A stretch of 64,000 bases of DNA from a virus: positions 53,773-117,772 of the IMG/VR virus record IMGVR_UViG_3300027754_005993; one strand, 5' to 3'. The translations under genes and the position numbers were made by a program. This document shows positions 37,812 through 47,776 of this stretch, one piece after another (position 1 is the stretch's first letter; each line of letters begins with the position of its first letter). The notes under the pieces were generated by a model. It saw nothing but the letters and a program-made list of their open reading frames with translations. It searched no databases and was not told the DNA's origin.

Positions 37812-39026
37812 ATGAAACCAAAAATTGCACTATCTATGATCGTTAAGAATGAATCTCATATTATTCATGAGTGTTTGAATTCTATTTACAAGTACATTGA
37901 TTACTGGATTGTTTCCGATACTGGATCCACCGATGGAACTCAAGATATCATTAAGAATTTCTTTGCAGAAAAAGGAATTCCTGGTGAGATTCATCAAGAT
38001 GAGTGGAAGAACTTTGGTCACAATAGAACACAGGCACTTCGCCATTGTGATGGTAAGTGTGATTATATCTGGATGATTGATGCGGATGACTGCATAGAAG
38101 GTGATTTTAAATTTCCATTAGAAATGACAGCAGATGGATATGTGATTCGCATGGGTCGCGAAGATTTCTCTTGGTGGAGAACTCAAATTTTCCGAATGGA
38201 TGCCAAGTGGGAATACAAAGGTGTTCTTCACGAATATCCAGCATGTGCTAAAGAACAACCAATGCTTACAAAGATTGAAGGAAAGTATAATCTCAATGCA
38301 CGAACTCTTGGTGCAAGAAATGTTGGAATTACTCCAGTAGAAAAATACAAGAGAGATGCCGATATGCTTGAAATTGCAATGGTGGATGAACCAACCAACA
38401 CTAGGTATCAATTCTATCTTGCACAATCGTATTTTGATTCTCAGCAATGGGAAAAGTCTGAGGCAGCATATAAGAAGCGTGCTGAAATGGGTGGATGGGC
38501 AGAGGAAGTTTATTACGCACTTTATCGTGTTGCTGTTTGTCGCGCAATGTTGGATAGACCGTGGCCTGAGATTCAAGCATCATTCCTTGATGCATATAAT
38601 TATCGTCCAATTCGTTCCGAACCGTTGGTCCATATTTCCCAAGTTCTTCGTCAAAAATATAATCAACCAGCAGCTGCATTTGTGTTTGCACGAATGGCAG
38701 CAGAAATGCCACTACCTCAAGGTGAGATTCTATTTGTTCCTGATGCCATTTATAACTTTGTGGCATTAGATGAACTTGGAGCAACAGCATTTGCTGCTGG
38801 TAGACCAGAACTTGGATTTCTTGCGTGTAAGAAACTTTTGGAAGAAAATAGACTACCAAAGGGCGAAATTGACAGAGTTCAGCAAAATTATAATCAATAT
38901 AAAACAATTCTTGAACAAATAGATCAACAACGAAAACAATACGAAGCACACATACAAAAAACACAACCAGTTCCTGAAATTAAATCCCAAAAATTTAAGG
39001 AACGAAAGAAACAAAAAGTTAAATAA
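37812..39026 (+). CDS. GT2 glycosyltransferase with C-terminal TPR-like repeats
   Basis: MIVKNE, DTGSTDGT, F...R..AL, IDADD, G.LHE, FYLAQSY. Confidence 0.9.
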   Translation: MKPKIALSMIVKNESHIIHECLNSIYKYIDYWIVSDTGSTDGTQDIIKNFFAEKGIPGEIHQDEWKNFGHNRTQALRHCDGKCDYIWMIDADDCIEGDFKFPLEMTADGYVIRMGREDFSWWRTQIFRMDAKWEYKGVLHEYPACAKEQPMLTKIEGKYNLNARTLGARNVGITPVEKYKRDADMLEIAMVDEPTNTRYQFYLAQSYFDSQQWEKSEAAYKKRAEMGGWAEEVYYALYRVAVCRAMLDRPWPEIQASFLDAYNYRPIRSEPLVHISQVLRQKYNQPAAAFVFARMAAEMPLPQGEILFVPDAIYNFVALDELGATAFAAGRPELGFLACKKLLEENRLPKGEIDRVQQNYNQYKTILEQIDQQRKQYEAHIQKTQPVPEIKSQKFKERKKQKVK

Positions 39027-39031
39027 TTTTG

Positions 39032-39039
39032 TATAAATA
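39032..39039 (+). promoter_or_regulatory. Late promoter TATAAATA upstream of the collagen-like gene
   Basis: Exact consensus in a 28-bp intergenic gap. Confidence 0.7.
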
Positions 39040-39054
39040 GTGCTATAGTAAACT

Positions 39055-40830
39055 ATGGCATTTCCAATAAATCCAATTTCAGGAACCACACACGGCGTTA
39101 ATAGTCGTGTGTGGTCATATAATGGCATCGCGTGGGATAGACTAGATCTAGGAACTAGCACAGGGGGTTCTGGTGGTATTAGTGGTCCTTATGTAATATC
39201 CATAAACGGATTCATTGGTGGGGTCACGCTCTCAGCGGGGTCTGGTATCACTCTAAGTGGTACTGGTGGAATTATAACAATTTCCACTACTGGTACTGCT
39301 GGTCAAGGAACAATATTCTATTATCAAGCTACTGGTCCAAGTTCTGGTATAACTACTGGCGACAGGTGGATGGATTCCGATACAGGAATTGAATTTGTAT
39401 ACATCAACGATGGCAATTCTCCACAATGGGTTCAACCATTAAATGCTGGAACCGTGGGACCAGCAGGTGCAGCAGGAAATACTGGTAATACTGGAAATAC
39501 TGGTATTCAAGGAAATACTGGTAATACTGGAAATACTGGTTCTCCAGGTATTCAAGGCAACACTGGTAATACTGGAAATACTGGTTCTCCAGGTATTCAA
39601 GGAAATACAGGTAATACTGGTGCTACAGGTATTCAAGGAAATACTGGTAATACTGGTTCTCCAGGTATTCAAGGAAATACAGGTAATACTGGTTCTCCAG
39701 GTATTCAAGGAAATACTGGTAATACAGGAAACAATGGAAACACAGGAAACACAGGTAATACTGGAAACACTGGTAATACTGGTAACAATGGAAACACAGG
39801 TGCTACTGGTTATGGATATACTGCTGCTGGTATTTCTGGTGGGTTCCTTTGGATATCGCCAGTAGATGAATTTGGTATTCGTGGAGCATCATTCTCCATT
39901 GGATATGTTCAAGGTAATACAGGTAATACAGGAAACAATGGAAACACAGGTAATACTGGAAACACTGGTAACAATGGAAACACAGGTGCTACTGGATCTG
40001 GTTATACTGGAATTGGTATATCTGGTGGATTCTTGTGGATATCACCAGTAAATAATTCTGGTAAAGGTGCTTCTTTTAGTATAGGATATGTTCAAGGAAA
40101 TACTGGTAATACAGGAAACAATGGAAACACAGGAAACACAGGTAATACTGGAAACACTGGAAACACAGGTTCAACTGGTGCTACTGGTTATGGATATACT
40201 GCTGCTGGTATTTCTGGTGGGTTCCTTTGGATATCGCCAGTAGATGGATTTGGTATTCGTGGAGCATCATTCTCTATAGGATATGTTCAAGGAAATACTG
40301 GTAATACAGGAAACACTGGTAATACAGGAAATACTGGAAATACAGGAAACACAGGTAATACAGGTGCTACTGGTAACACAGGTTCAACTGGTGCTACTGG
40401 TTATGGATATACTGCCGCTGGTCTTTCTGGTGGATTCTTGTGGATATCACCTATAGATGGATTTGGTATTCGTGGAGCATCATTCTCTATAGGATATGTT
40501 CAAGGTAATACTGGTAATACAGGTGCTACTGGTCAAGCACCAATATTCTATTATCAAGCTACTGCTCCGACTTCTGGTATAACGACTGGCGACAGGTGGA
40601 TGGATTCCGATACAGGAATTGAATTTGTATATATCTACGATGGTAACTCTCCACAATGGGTACAACCATTAAATGCTGCATCTCAAGGTAGTCAATATCT
40701 CTACGAGTTGACTCCCGCTTCCGCTACTGCGACAGGAACAAAAGGAGACATTGTTTACGACACAAACTACATCTATGTCTGCATAGCAACTGACACTTGG
40801 AAGCGGACAGCAATTTCTACTTGGGTGTGA
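39055..40830 (+). CDS. Collagen-like (Gly-Asn-Thr) fiber protein
   Basis: Long GNT/GSP/GIQ triplet runs, four GGFLWISP modules, duplicated GDRWMDSDTG domain. Confidence 0.8.
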   Translation: MAFPINPISGTTHGVNSRVWSYNGIAWDRLDLGTSTGGSGGISGPYVISINGFIGGVTLSAGSGITLSGTGGIITISTTGTAGQGTIFYYQATGPSSGITTGDRWMDSDTGIEFVYINDGNSPQWVQPLNAGTVGPAGAAGNTGNTGNTGIQGNTGNTGNTGSPGIQGNTGNTGNTGSPGIQGNTGNTGATGIQGNTGNTGSPGIQGNTGNTGSPGIQGNTGNTGNNGNTGNTGNTGNTGNTGNNGNTGATGYGYTAAGISGGFLWISPVDEFGIRGASFSIGYVQGNTGNTGNNGNTGNTGNTGNNGNTGATGSGYTGIGISGGFLWISPVNNSGKGASFSIGYVQGNTGNTGNNGNTGNTGNTGNTGNTGSTGATGYGYTAAGISGGFLWISPVDGFGIRGASFSIGYVQGNTGNTGNTGNTGNTGNTGNTGNTGATGNTGSTGATGYGYTAAGLSGGFLWISPIDGFGIRGASFSIGYVQGNTGNTGATGQAPIFYYQATAPTSGITTGDRWMDSDTGIEFVYIYDGNSPQWVQPLNAASQGSQYLYELTPASATATGTKGDIVYDTNYIYVCIATDTWKRTAISTWV

Positions 40831-40841
40831 TCGTTATGGAC

Positions 40842-40849
40842 TATAAATA
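40842..40849 (+). promoter_or_regulatory. Late promoter TATAAATA
   Basis: Exact consensus before the AAGGA RBS of 40864. Confidence 0.7.
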
Positions 40850-40863
40850 TTAAAGGATAATAC

Positions 40864-42012
40864 ATGCCATTAGATTTCCCTCCATCCCCAGCACCGAATT
40901 ATATTTATACCTTTGGCACTTCTTCTTGGAAGTGGACTGGTGATTCGTGGACAGTTTATTCTACTCCACTTTTGGGTAACACTGGTGCTACTGGCAACAC
41001 AGGTGCTACTGGTCCAGTTGGTGATTATGTAATTACATTCAATGGAAGAACTGGTAACATTCAAGGTGTGACATCAATCAATGGTGCTACAGGTACTATA
41101 ATAAATGTGGCATTTACAAATCTAGGAAATACCTTTACTGTCAGACAGGTAATGAATGCTGGTCTTACGACTTCTTCTATAAATGTTGCTGGTGTAGCAT
41201 CATTCAATCCATCAAACAGCGGACAGAATACTTTAGGCGGAACAAGTACCACTCTTGCATCAACTGCCACGACAGTTCAGAATACAGCAGCACTGCTGAC
41301 TATTTCAACCACTTTCTTACCAGGAAACAATGCTACGCTCAGACTACAGGGATCTGATGGAAGTGGTGAAACTTCATATACTAATGATATTAAACCCCAG
41401 ACTACACAGACTGGAAATTTAACACATACTCTGCCAGCGACTACAGGAACATTACTGAATGATAAATTACAGTATGTTGCTTCAATAAATGGAAGAACGG
41501 GTGACATTCAAGGTGTGACATCAATCAATGGTGCTACAGGTACTATAATAAATGTGGCATTTACAAATCTTGGAAATACCTTTAGTGTTTGTCAAGTATT
41601 CAATGCTGGCATAACCGCCTCTGGTGGAATGACATTATTTGGATCATTAAATTCTTATAGTGGAATTTCTGCTTCTGGCATCACATCAGATTCTGGGTAT
41701 AAAATAACAGCTGGTGCAATCAATGCCCAAACAGTAAGTTATACTATGCTAGGATCAGACAACGGCAAAATCATAACCATGAATCCTGCTTCTACAGGAA
41801 TCACACTTACTGTTCCTACTGGATTGCCCATCGGTCACACAACAACAATTATTCGTCTTAGCTCTACTCTAAATGTTGGAATAAGTGCCGCTAGTGGTGT
41901 GACAATCAATAGTTTCCAGAATCAGAAAAATATTGCTGGTCAACATGCTGCTGTAAGTTTGATTTCTTATACCACCGATACATTCAATCTTGCAGGAGGA
42001 CTGACAGGATGA
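40864..42012 (+). CDS. Tail fiber/virion structural protein
   Basis: MPLDFP N-terminus, short GXT run, VTSING.TG repeats, C-terminal L.G.L beta domain. Confidence 0.7.
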   Translation: MPLDFPPSPAPNYIYTFGTSSWKWTGDSWTVYSTPLLGNTGATGNTGATGPVGDYVITFNGRTGNIQGVTSINGATGTIINVAFTNLGNTFTVRQVMNAGLTTSSINVAGVASFNPSNSGQNTLGGTSTTLASTATTVQNTAALLTISTTFLPGNNATLRLQGSDGSGETSYTNDIKPQTTQTGNLTHTLPATTGTLLNDKLQYVASINGRTGDIQGVTSINGATGTIINVAFTNLGNTFSVCQVFNAGITASGGMTLFGSLNSYSGISASGITSDSGYKITAGAINAQTVSYTMLGSDNGKIITMNPASTGITLTVPTGLPIGHTTTIIRLSSTLNVGISAASGVTINSFQNQKNIAGQHAAVSLISYTTDTFNLAGGLTG

Positions 42013-42524
42013 TACTTCCTAATTGTCGTCCTGCATATTTAACACCAATACAGATCAAAGGATCCAATACTCCAGCAGCAGTGAATTGGACCAATATAAG
42101 ATTTACCGCGTCTTCGGGAACACATCAATTCACAGAACAGCAAATAACAGGAATTTCAACTCCTATAGTTTTAAGTGTGAATGGAGCATGGGGATCCAAT
42201 AGTACATTATATTATCGTGTTGCTCCAACTACAACGCCATTGCCAAACCCTTTACTCAATAAAGATGTATTTGTAGGAGTAACAGCATTTGATTACGCTG
42301 TAGGATTTGGATCATCCTCACAAGGATTCACTGCATGTCTTCCATTCAATAGTACTGGAAGCACTTTTGCAGTGAATAATAATGATTTTGTTGCATTTAT
42401 ATGCTGGGGTGCTGATCAGGCGCCTGGTCCATCAGTTATATTCCCAACATGGACAGTTACAGTCAATAACGAATCTGCTGGTGCAGCTACTTTGGATACT
42501 TTTGACGCAATAACAAATCCATAA
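42009..42524 (+). CDS. Hypothetical virion-associated protein
   Basis: Coupled to the previous gene; beta-rich composition. Confidence 0.55.
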   Translation: MILPNCRPAYLTPIQIKGSNTPAAVNWTNIRFTASSGTHQFTEQQITGISTPIVLSVNGAWGSNSTLYYRVAPTTTPLPNPLLNKDVFVGVTAFDYAVGFGSSSQGFTACLPFNSTGSTFAVNNNDFVAFICWGADQAPGPSVIFPTWTVTVNNESAGAATLDTFDAITNP

Positions 42525-42542
42525 ATATAACGGAGAAATTAT

Positions 42543-42974
42543 ATGCCAGCATCACGGTACGATATTCAAGCAGATCAGGGAGCAACATTCAAGTTGCATT
42601 TGCATTATAAATTTTCTGGTGGAACTGGAATTGATATTGGAAACTTTACAGGAAGAATGCAAGTCCGAAGATCCTCAAAAGATCCAAATGTTATTTTATT
42701 CTTAACTCAAAATGGTGTTACTGGTGGTGGTATTACTGGAGAATTTGCTATTGGTAGTGGAATTGCTGGTAGTGGTGGAATTAGTTTCAATACTTCTATT
42801 TCTGGAGCAACAGCATTTACTGGTGGAATATTTCTAAGAGTTGATGCTGATACTATGACTAATGTTCCAAATGGAAAGCATTTTTATGATCTTGAATTAA
42901 AGAATTCGCTCAATGAAGTGATGAGACTTATGGAAGGTTCATTTGAAGTCTCAAGAGAAATTACGAGAACATAA
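42543..42974 (+). CDS. Beta-sandwich fiber-attachment protein (LtfC/BppU-N-like)
   Basis: DQGATF, D...FTGRMQVR, YDLEL......RL.EG...V..E.T. Confidence 0.65.
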   Translation: MPASRYDIQADQGATFKLHLHYKFSGGTGIDIGNFTGRMQVRRSSKDPNVILFLTQNGVTGGGITGEFAIGSGIAGSGGISFNTSISGATAFTGGIFLRVDADTMTNVPNGKHFYDLELKNSLNEVMRLMEGSFEVSREITRT

Positions 42975-42977
42975 CAG

Positions 42978-45947
42978 ATGGCAGAAGAGAAACCAATACT
43001 GGTAGTAACTCAAATTCCTCCGAACACAATTGTTACGGAGAGTTCTGCTAATAACTTAGTAGTCAATAACACATTACCATCCACAGTATTGATTGCTGCT
43101 GCATTGGGGCCAGCAATTGCTGGTGGTGCTGGTGCTCAAGGTATAAGAGGAACTACAGGTGCTACTGGTGCTACTGGTTCTGGTTATACTGCAATTGGTC
43201 TTTCTGGTGGGTTTCTTTGGGTTTCTCCTGTAAGTAATACTGGAGTTCGTGGAGCATCATTTTCCATTGGATATGTTTTAGGATCAACTGGTAACACTGG
43301 AAATACTGGTATTCAAGGTAACACTGGTAACACTGGTAATACTGGTTCTCCAGGTATTCAAGGAAATACAGGTAACACTGGTAACACTGGAAATACTGGT
43401 TCTCCAGGTATTCAAGGTAACACTGGTAATACTGGAAACACTGGTTCTGATGGTTCTCCAGGTATTCAAGGAAATACAGGTAATACTGGTTCTCCAGGTA
43501 TTCAAGGTAACACTGGTAATACTGGAAACACTGGTGCTCCAGGTATTCAAGGTAACACTGGTAATACTGGTTCTCCAGGTATTCAAGGAAATACAGGTAA
43601 TACTGGAAACACTGGTTCTCCAGGTATTCAAGGAAATACAGGTAATACTGGTTCTCCAGGTATTCAAGGTAACACTGGTAATACTGGTAATACTGGTTCT
43701 CCAGGTATTCAAGGAAATACAGGTAATACTGGTTCTCCAGGTATTCAAGGAAATACAGGTAATACAGGTAATACTGGAAACACTGGTGCTCCAGGTATTC
43801 AAGGAAATACAGGTAATACTGGTTCTCCAGGTATTCAAGGAAATACAGGTAACACTGGTAATACAGGTATTCAAGGAAATACAGGTAACACTGGTAATAC
43901 AGGTAATACTGGTTCTCAAGGTCCATCTGGTGGTGTTAATTTTGCTTTTGGTGCAACTGCTCCTTCCAACCCAACTGGTGGAGATCAATGGTTAGATAGC
44001 AATACTGGAGCATTGCTCACTTATTTTTATGACGGAAATTCTTCTCAATGGGTTCAATTCCTTAAAGGAATTCCTGGTCCTCAAGGAGCAACTGGTCCGA
44101 GCGGAGTAGTCTCTGGTGATTATGTTGCTTTGTTCAATGGAAAAACTGGAAATGTTGGTATTTCTGCTGGATCGTTCATAACAATCACTCAAACAGGAAA
44201 CACATTTACAATATCTTCTAGTGTAGGAACTGTTGCAGGTTCTACAGGAAATACTGGTGCTACTGGTTCTCCAGGTATTCAAGGTAACACTGGTAACACT
44301 GGTAATACAGGTATTCAAGGTAACACTGGTAACACTGGTAATACAGGTATTCAAGGTAACACTGGAAATACTGGTAACACTGGAAATACAGGTATTCAAG
44401 GTAACACTGGTAATACTGGTAACACTGGAAATACAGGTATTCAAGGTAACACTGGTAACACTGGTAACACTGGTATTCAAGGTAACACTGGTAACACTGG
44501 AAATACAGGTATTCAAGGTAATACTGGAAATACTGGAGCATGTGGTCCAACCGATATACGATCAACAAATTCAGCATCCACATTCTATCCATTATTTGCT
44601 GGAGGTTCTGGAAATACTTACATTTATATTGATGATGTCACTACACCATTTACATATGTCCCAAGTAGTGGTGCATTAACAGCAAAGATATTCGCCATAG
44701 CAACTGGAGTTAATTCATCCTCATTGAACGCAACCTATGTTGAATTTAATACTAGTACAGACTCATCAAGTGTTTCTGCTACCAATATTGGTAATGTTGG
44801 ATCATCACCATTTACAGTTCAATCAAATGTTAAATTAAAATTAACTGCTCCAACTATAGAATTTTATGGATCTGGTTGGGGATATACATTCCCTGCATCA
44901 AATGGAACTACTGGTCAAGCATTACTGACAAGAGGTGATGCTGGACTTTATTGGGGAACGGTTTCTACATCTGGTGGTAGTGGAACAACTCTATTTGCTG
45001 GAAGAGGAATTACTCTAACTACAGCATCCGCAGGAACTACAGTTGCTACTATTCTAGGAATGACCAGTGCGAATGATGGATTCTTGATTTCTGGTGGTAT
45101 AACCCAAAGAACTCTTGGATTTAGTGGTGGTGATGTGACAATTGAAGGTGGAACATTTGCATCAGTAATAACATTCCCAACTGTATCTACAACACTTGTT
45201 GGAATTCACAATGCAGTAACTTCGTTCAATGGATCAACTGGTGATATTACATTCGCTGGTGGTGTTACTGGAGTGAATGGTAAAACTGGAAATGCTTTTG
45301 TGTTTGAATATTATCTAGGGTTTACTTCCACCGTAAACACTTCAACATATCCAGAAGGTGGAACTGCTAATTATGCGTCAAATCAACCAGTATATTACAG
45401 TTCCTCACCATTTAATGATATAATATCATCGGGTAGAGCAAAACCAAATAGAGTTTATTTTAATCCATTTGTAATTCCAACCCAAACAACAATACAAATA
45501 TTGCGACTTAGTGGATATCAAAACGGATTATGTGGTGGAACTGGAAATGTATTTTTAGGAATATATAATGCAAATTCTTATGGTATGCCAAAAGACAAAC
45601 TATATTCGTCCAGCAGTCTAGTAGTATTAAGTGATTTTGCCAATACTCATGATTATAATCCTTCTGGATTGATTACTCTATCTCCTGGATATTATTATCT
45701 TGCAGCAGTATTTAATAATAATCCTACACTATATTCGTTTACTACTGGAGCGCAAACCAGTACAAGTCCATTTGGATCTCAAAATCTTGCTGGTGGATAT
45801 CAGAACCGAGCTATTATTATAGATCAGGGTGGATTTACCTTACCGATAAGTGGAATCACTAGTGGTGCTAGATTTGTTGATTATAGCGTTGGTGGAACAT
45901 ATACAAATCTTATGGTAAGTCCACTAATAGAATTTAGGATTCTATAA
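42978..45947 (+). CDS. Long collagen-like tail fiber protein
   Basis: About 200-residue GNT/GSP/GIQ triplet run plus a second run; globular C-terminal domain. Confidence 0.8.
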   Translation: MAEEKPILVVTQIPPNTIVTESSANNLVVNNTLPSTVLIAAALGPAIAGGAGAQGIRGTTGATGATGSGYTAIGLSGGFLWVSPVSNTGVRGASFSIGYVLGSTGNTGNTGIQGNTGNTGNTGSPGIQGNTGNTGNTGNTGSPGIQGNTGNTGNTGSDGSPGIQGNTGNTGSPGIQGNTGNTGNTGAPGIQGNTGNTGSPGIQGNTGNTGNTGSPGIQGNTGNTGSPGIQGNTGNTGNTGSPGIQGNTGNTGSPGIQGNTGNTGNTGNTGAPGIQGNTGNTGSPGIQGNTGNTGNTGIQGNTGNTGNTGNTGSQGPSGGVNFAFGATAPSNPTGGDQWLDSNTGALLTYFYDGNSSQWVQFLKGIPGPQGATGPSGVVSGDYVALFNGKTGNVGISAGSFITITQTGNTFTISSSVGTVAGSTGNTGATGSPGIQGNTGNTGNTGIQGNTGNTGNTGIQGNTGNTGNTGNTGIQGNTGNTGNTGNTGIQGNTGNTGNTGIQGNTGNTGNTGIQGNTGNTGACGPTDIRSTNSASTFYPLFAGGSGNTYIYIDDVTTPFTYVPSSGALTAKIFAIATGVNSSSLNATYVEFNTSTDSSSVSATNIGNVGSSPFTVQSNVKLKLTAPTIEFYGSGWGYTFPASNGTTGQALLTRGDAGLYWGTVSTSGGSGTTLFAGRGITLTTASAGTTVATILGMTSANDGFLISGGITQRTLGFSGGDVTIEGGTFASVITFPTVSTTLVGIHNAVTSFNGSTGDITFAGGVTGVNGKTGNAFVFEYYLGFTSTVNTSTYPEGGTANYASNQPVYYSSSPFNDIISSGRAKPNRVYFNPFVIPTQTTIQILRLSGYQNGLCGGTGNVFLGIYNANSYGMPKDKLYSSSSLVVLSDFANTHDYNPSGLITLSPGYYYLAAVFNNNPTLYSFTTGAQTSTSPFGSQNLAGGYQNRAIIIDQGGFTLPISGITSGARFVDYSVGGTYTNLMVSPLIEFRIL
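43282..43930 (+). repeat. Imperfect 9-bp-unit tandem array encoding Gly-X-Y triplets
   Basis: ggtaatact, ggaaataca, ggttctcca and ggtattcaa units; similar arrays near 39470-39810, 44240-44545 and 47260-47410. Confidence 0.85.
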
Positions 45948-46282
45948 TGAAAGTATTCAAACAATACAGTTTCAACGAACTCACACAAGAATCAACTTTA
46001 ATAGATGATAGAGATTTTTATCATTGTAAACAATTTCAATTAAAAGAGCTAAGAAATATTGCTAACAAACTGATTATCTCTAGTGTTCCAGAATATAAGC
46101 AAAGAAACGCAGCACTTGGATTGCTGTCTGATGAAGAAACACAACAGATTAAAGATTCAATACAAGCAATAAGAACAATATCAAATCAAAAAGAAGCAGA
46201 GATACTCGCAGTTGTTTGGGATGGACAAGAATCCACAAGAGCAGAAGCGTGTGATATAGTTCAGAGGATATTCTGGGAATAA
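45947..46282 (+). CDS. Small protein after a fiber gene (possible fiber assembly chaperone)
   Basis: Coupled to the fiber gene; helical PEYKQRNAALG motif. Confidence 0.5.
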   Translation: MKVFKQYSFNELTQESTLIDDRDFYHCKQFQLKELRNIANKLIISSVPEYKQRNAALGLLSDEETQQIKDSIQAIRTISNQKEAEILAVVWDGQESTRAEACDIVQRIFWE

Positions 46283-46296
46283 ATAATTAAACTACC

Positions 46297-47766
46297 ATGC
46301 CACTAGATTTTCCTTCAAATCCAACCCTCAATTTACCATACACTTTCAACGGAACTCAATGGAAGTGGAATGGTTCTGCTTGGTTGATTGTTGGTGATAA
46401 TTTTGGTACTACAGGAGCAACAGGACCAGCTGGAAATACTGGAAACACTGGTAATAATGGAACAACAGGTAACACTGGTGCTACGGGATCTGGTTATACT
46501 GCTGCTGGTCTTTCTGGTGGATTCTTATGGATAACTCCAGTTTTATCTTCTGGTATACTTGGAGCATCATTCTCCATTGGATATGTTATTGGTTCAACTG
46601 GAGCAACTGGAAGAACGGGAACAACGGGAAATACAGGAGCAACAGGATCTGGGTATACTGCTATTGGTATTTCTGGTGGATTTCTTTGGATATCACCAGT
46701 AGACAGTAGTGGAATCCAAGGTGCTTCATTCTCTGTGGGTAGAGTTCAAGGAACAACTGGATCTACTGGTCCTACTGGATCTACAGGTGCTACAGGTAAT
46801 AATGGAACAACAGGTAACACTGGTGCTACGGGATCTGGTTATACTGCCGCTGGTCTTTCTGGTGGATTCTTATGGATATCTCCAGTATTGAATGATGGAA
46901 CTAGAGGTGCATCATTCTCTATAGGATATATTTTAGGAACAACAGGTAATACTGGAAACACTGGTAATAATGGAACAACAGGTAACACTGGTGCTACGGG
47001 ATCTGGTTATACTGCTGCTGGTCTTTCTGGTGGATTCTTATGGATAACTCCAGTTTTATCTTCTGGTATACTTGGAGCATCATTCTCCATTGGATATGTT
47101 ATTGGTTCAACTGGAGCAACTGGAAGAACTGGTACTACTGGATCTACAGGTGCTACGGGATCTGGTTATACGGCTATTGGTATTTCTGGTGGATTTCTTT
47201 GGATATCACCAGTAGATAATTTTGGTATTCGCGGAGCATCATTCTCTATAGGATATGTTCAAGGAAATACTGGAAACACTGGTAATACAGGTAATAATGG
47301 AAGTACAGGTAATACTGGAAACACTGGTAATACAGGTAATAATGGAAGTACAGGTAATACTGGAAACACTGGTAACAATGGAAATACTGGCAACACTGGT
47401 GCTACAGGATCTGGATATACTGCTATAGGATTATCTGGTGGATTCTTGTGGATATCACCAGTAGATGGATTTGGTATTCGTGGAGCATCATTCTCCATTG
47501 GATATGTTCAAGGTAATACAGGTAATACAGGAAATGACGGAACACCTGGAACAATTAGTGGTTCATATGTTCAGACCATAAATGGATTTACGGGTGGTGT
47601 TACATTGGCACAAGGAACCAATGTTACAATAAATTCTGTTGGAAATATAATAACAATCAACTCATCTGGAGCTGGGGGTGGAGTAGATGGAGTTTCTACA
47701 TATGATGGTAGAACTGGTAATATTTTCACACCACCATTAATTTTATACGCATTAGGAATAATTTAA
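46297..47766 (+). CDS. Collagen-like fiber protein with six GGFLWISP modules
   Basis: MPLDFP N-terminus; GXT runs alternating with modules. Confidence 0.78.
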   Translation: MPLDFPSNPTLNLPYTFNGTQWKWNGSAWLIVGDNFGTTGATGPAGNTGNTGNNGTTGNTGATGSGYTAAGLSGGFLWITPVLSSGILGASFSIGYVIGSTGATGRTGTTGNTGATGSGYTAIGISGGFLWISPVDSSGIQGASFSVGRVQGTTGSTGPTGSTGATGNNGTTGNTGATGSGYTAAGLSGGFLWISPVLNDGTRGASFSIGYILGTTGNTGNTGNNGTTGNTGATGSGYTAAGLSGGFLWITPVLSSGILGASFSIGYVIGSTGATGRTGTTGSTGATGSGYTAIGISGGFLWISPVDNFGIRGASFSIGYVQGNTGNTGNTGNNGSTGNTGNTGNTGNNGSTGNTGNTGNNGNTGNTGATGSGYTAIGLSGGFLWISPVDGFGIRGASFSIGYVQGNTGNTGNDGTPGTISGSYVQTINGFTGGVTLAQGTNVTINSVGNIITINSSGAGGGVDGVSTYDGRTGNIFTPPLILYALGII

Positions 47767-47776
47767 GGAAAATACA

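Noticed and set aside
43171-44679. Long alternative-frame and antisense ORFs (YLEYLENQ, VLQVFKE and TSITCISLN repeats)
   Set aside because: They are shadows of the 9-bp collagen repeat, which lacks stops in those frames. They have no RBS or promoter support.
39800-47515. CRISPR-like array of recurring repeats with variable spacers
   Set aside because: The repeats are ~100 bp, in frame and protein-coding, with low-complexity collagen between them. No cas genes are present.
39470-47530. Dense N-glycosylation sequons in the GNT repeats
   Set aside because: GNTGNT reads N-T-G, which is not N-X-S/T. Only occasional NGT/NGS sequons occur, so O-linkage to Thr is the more plausible hypothesis.
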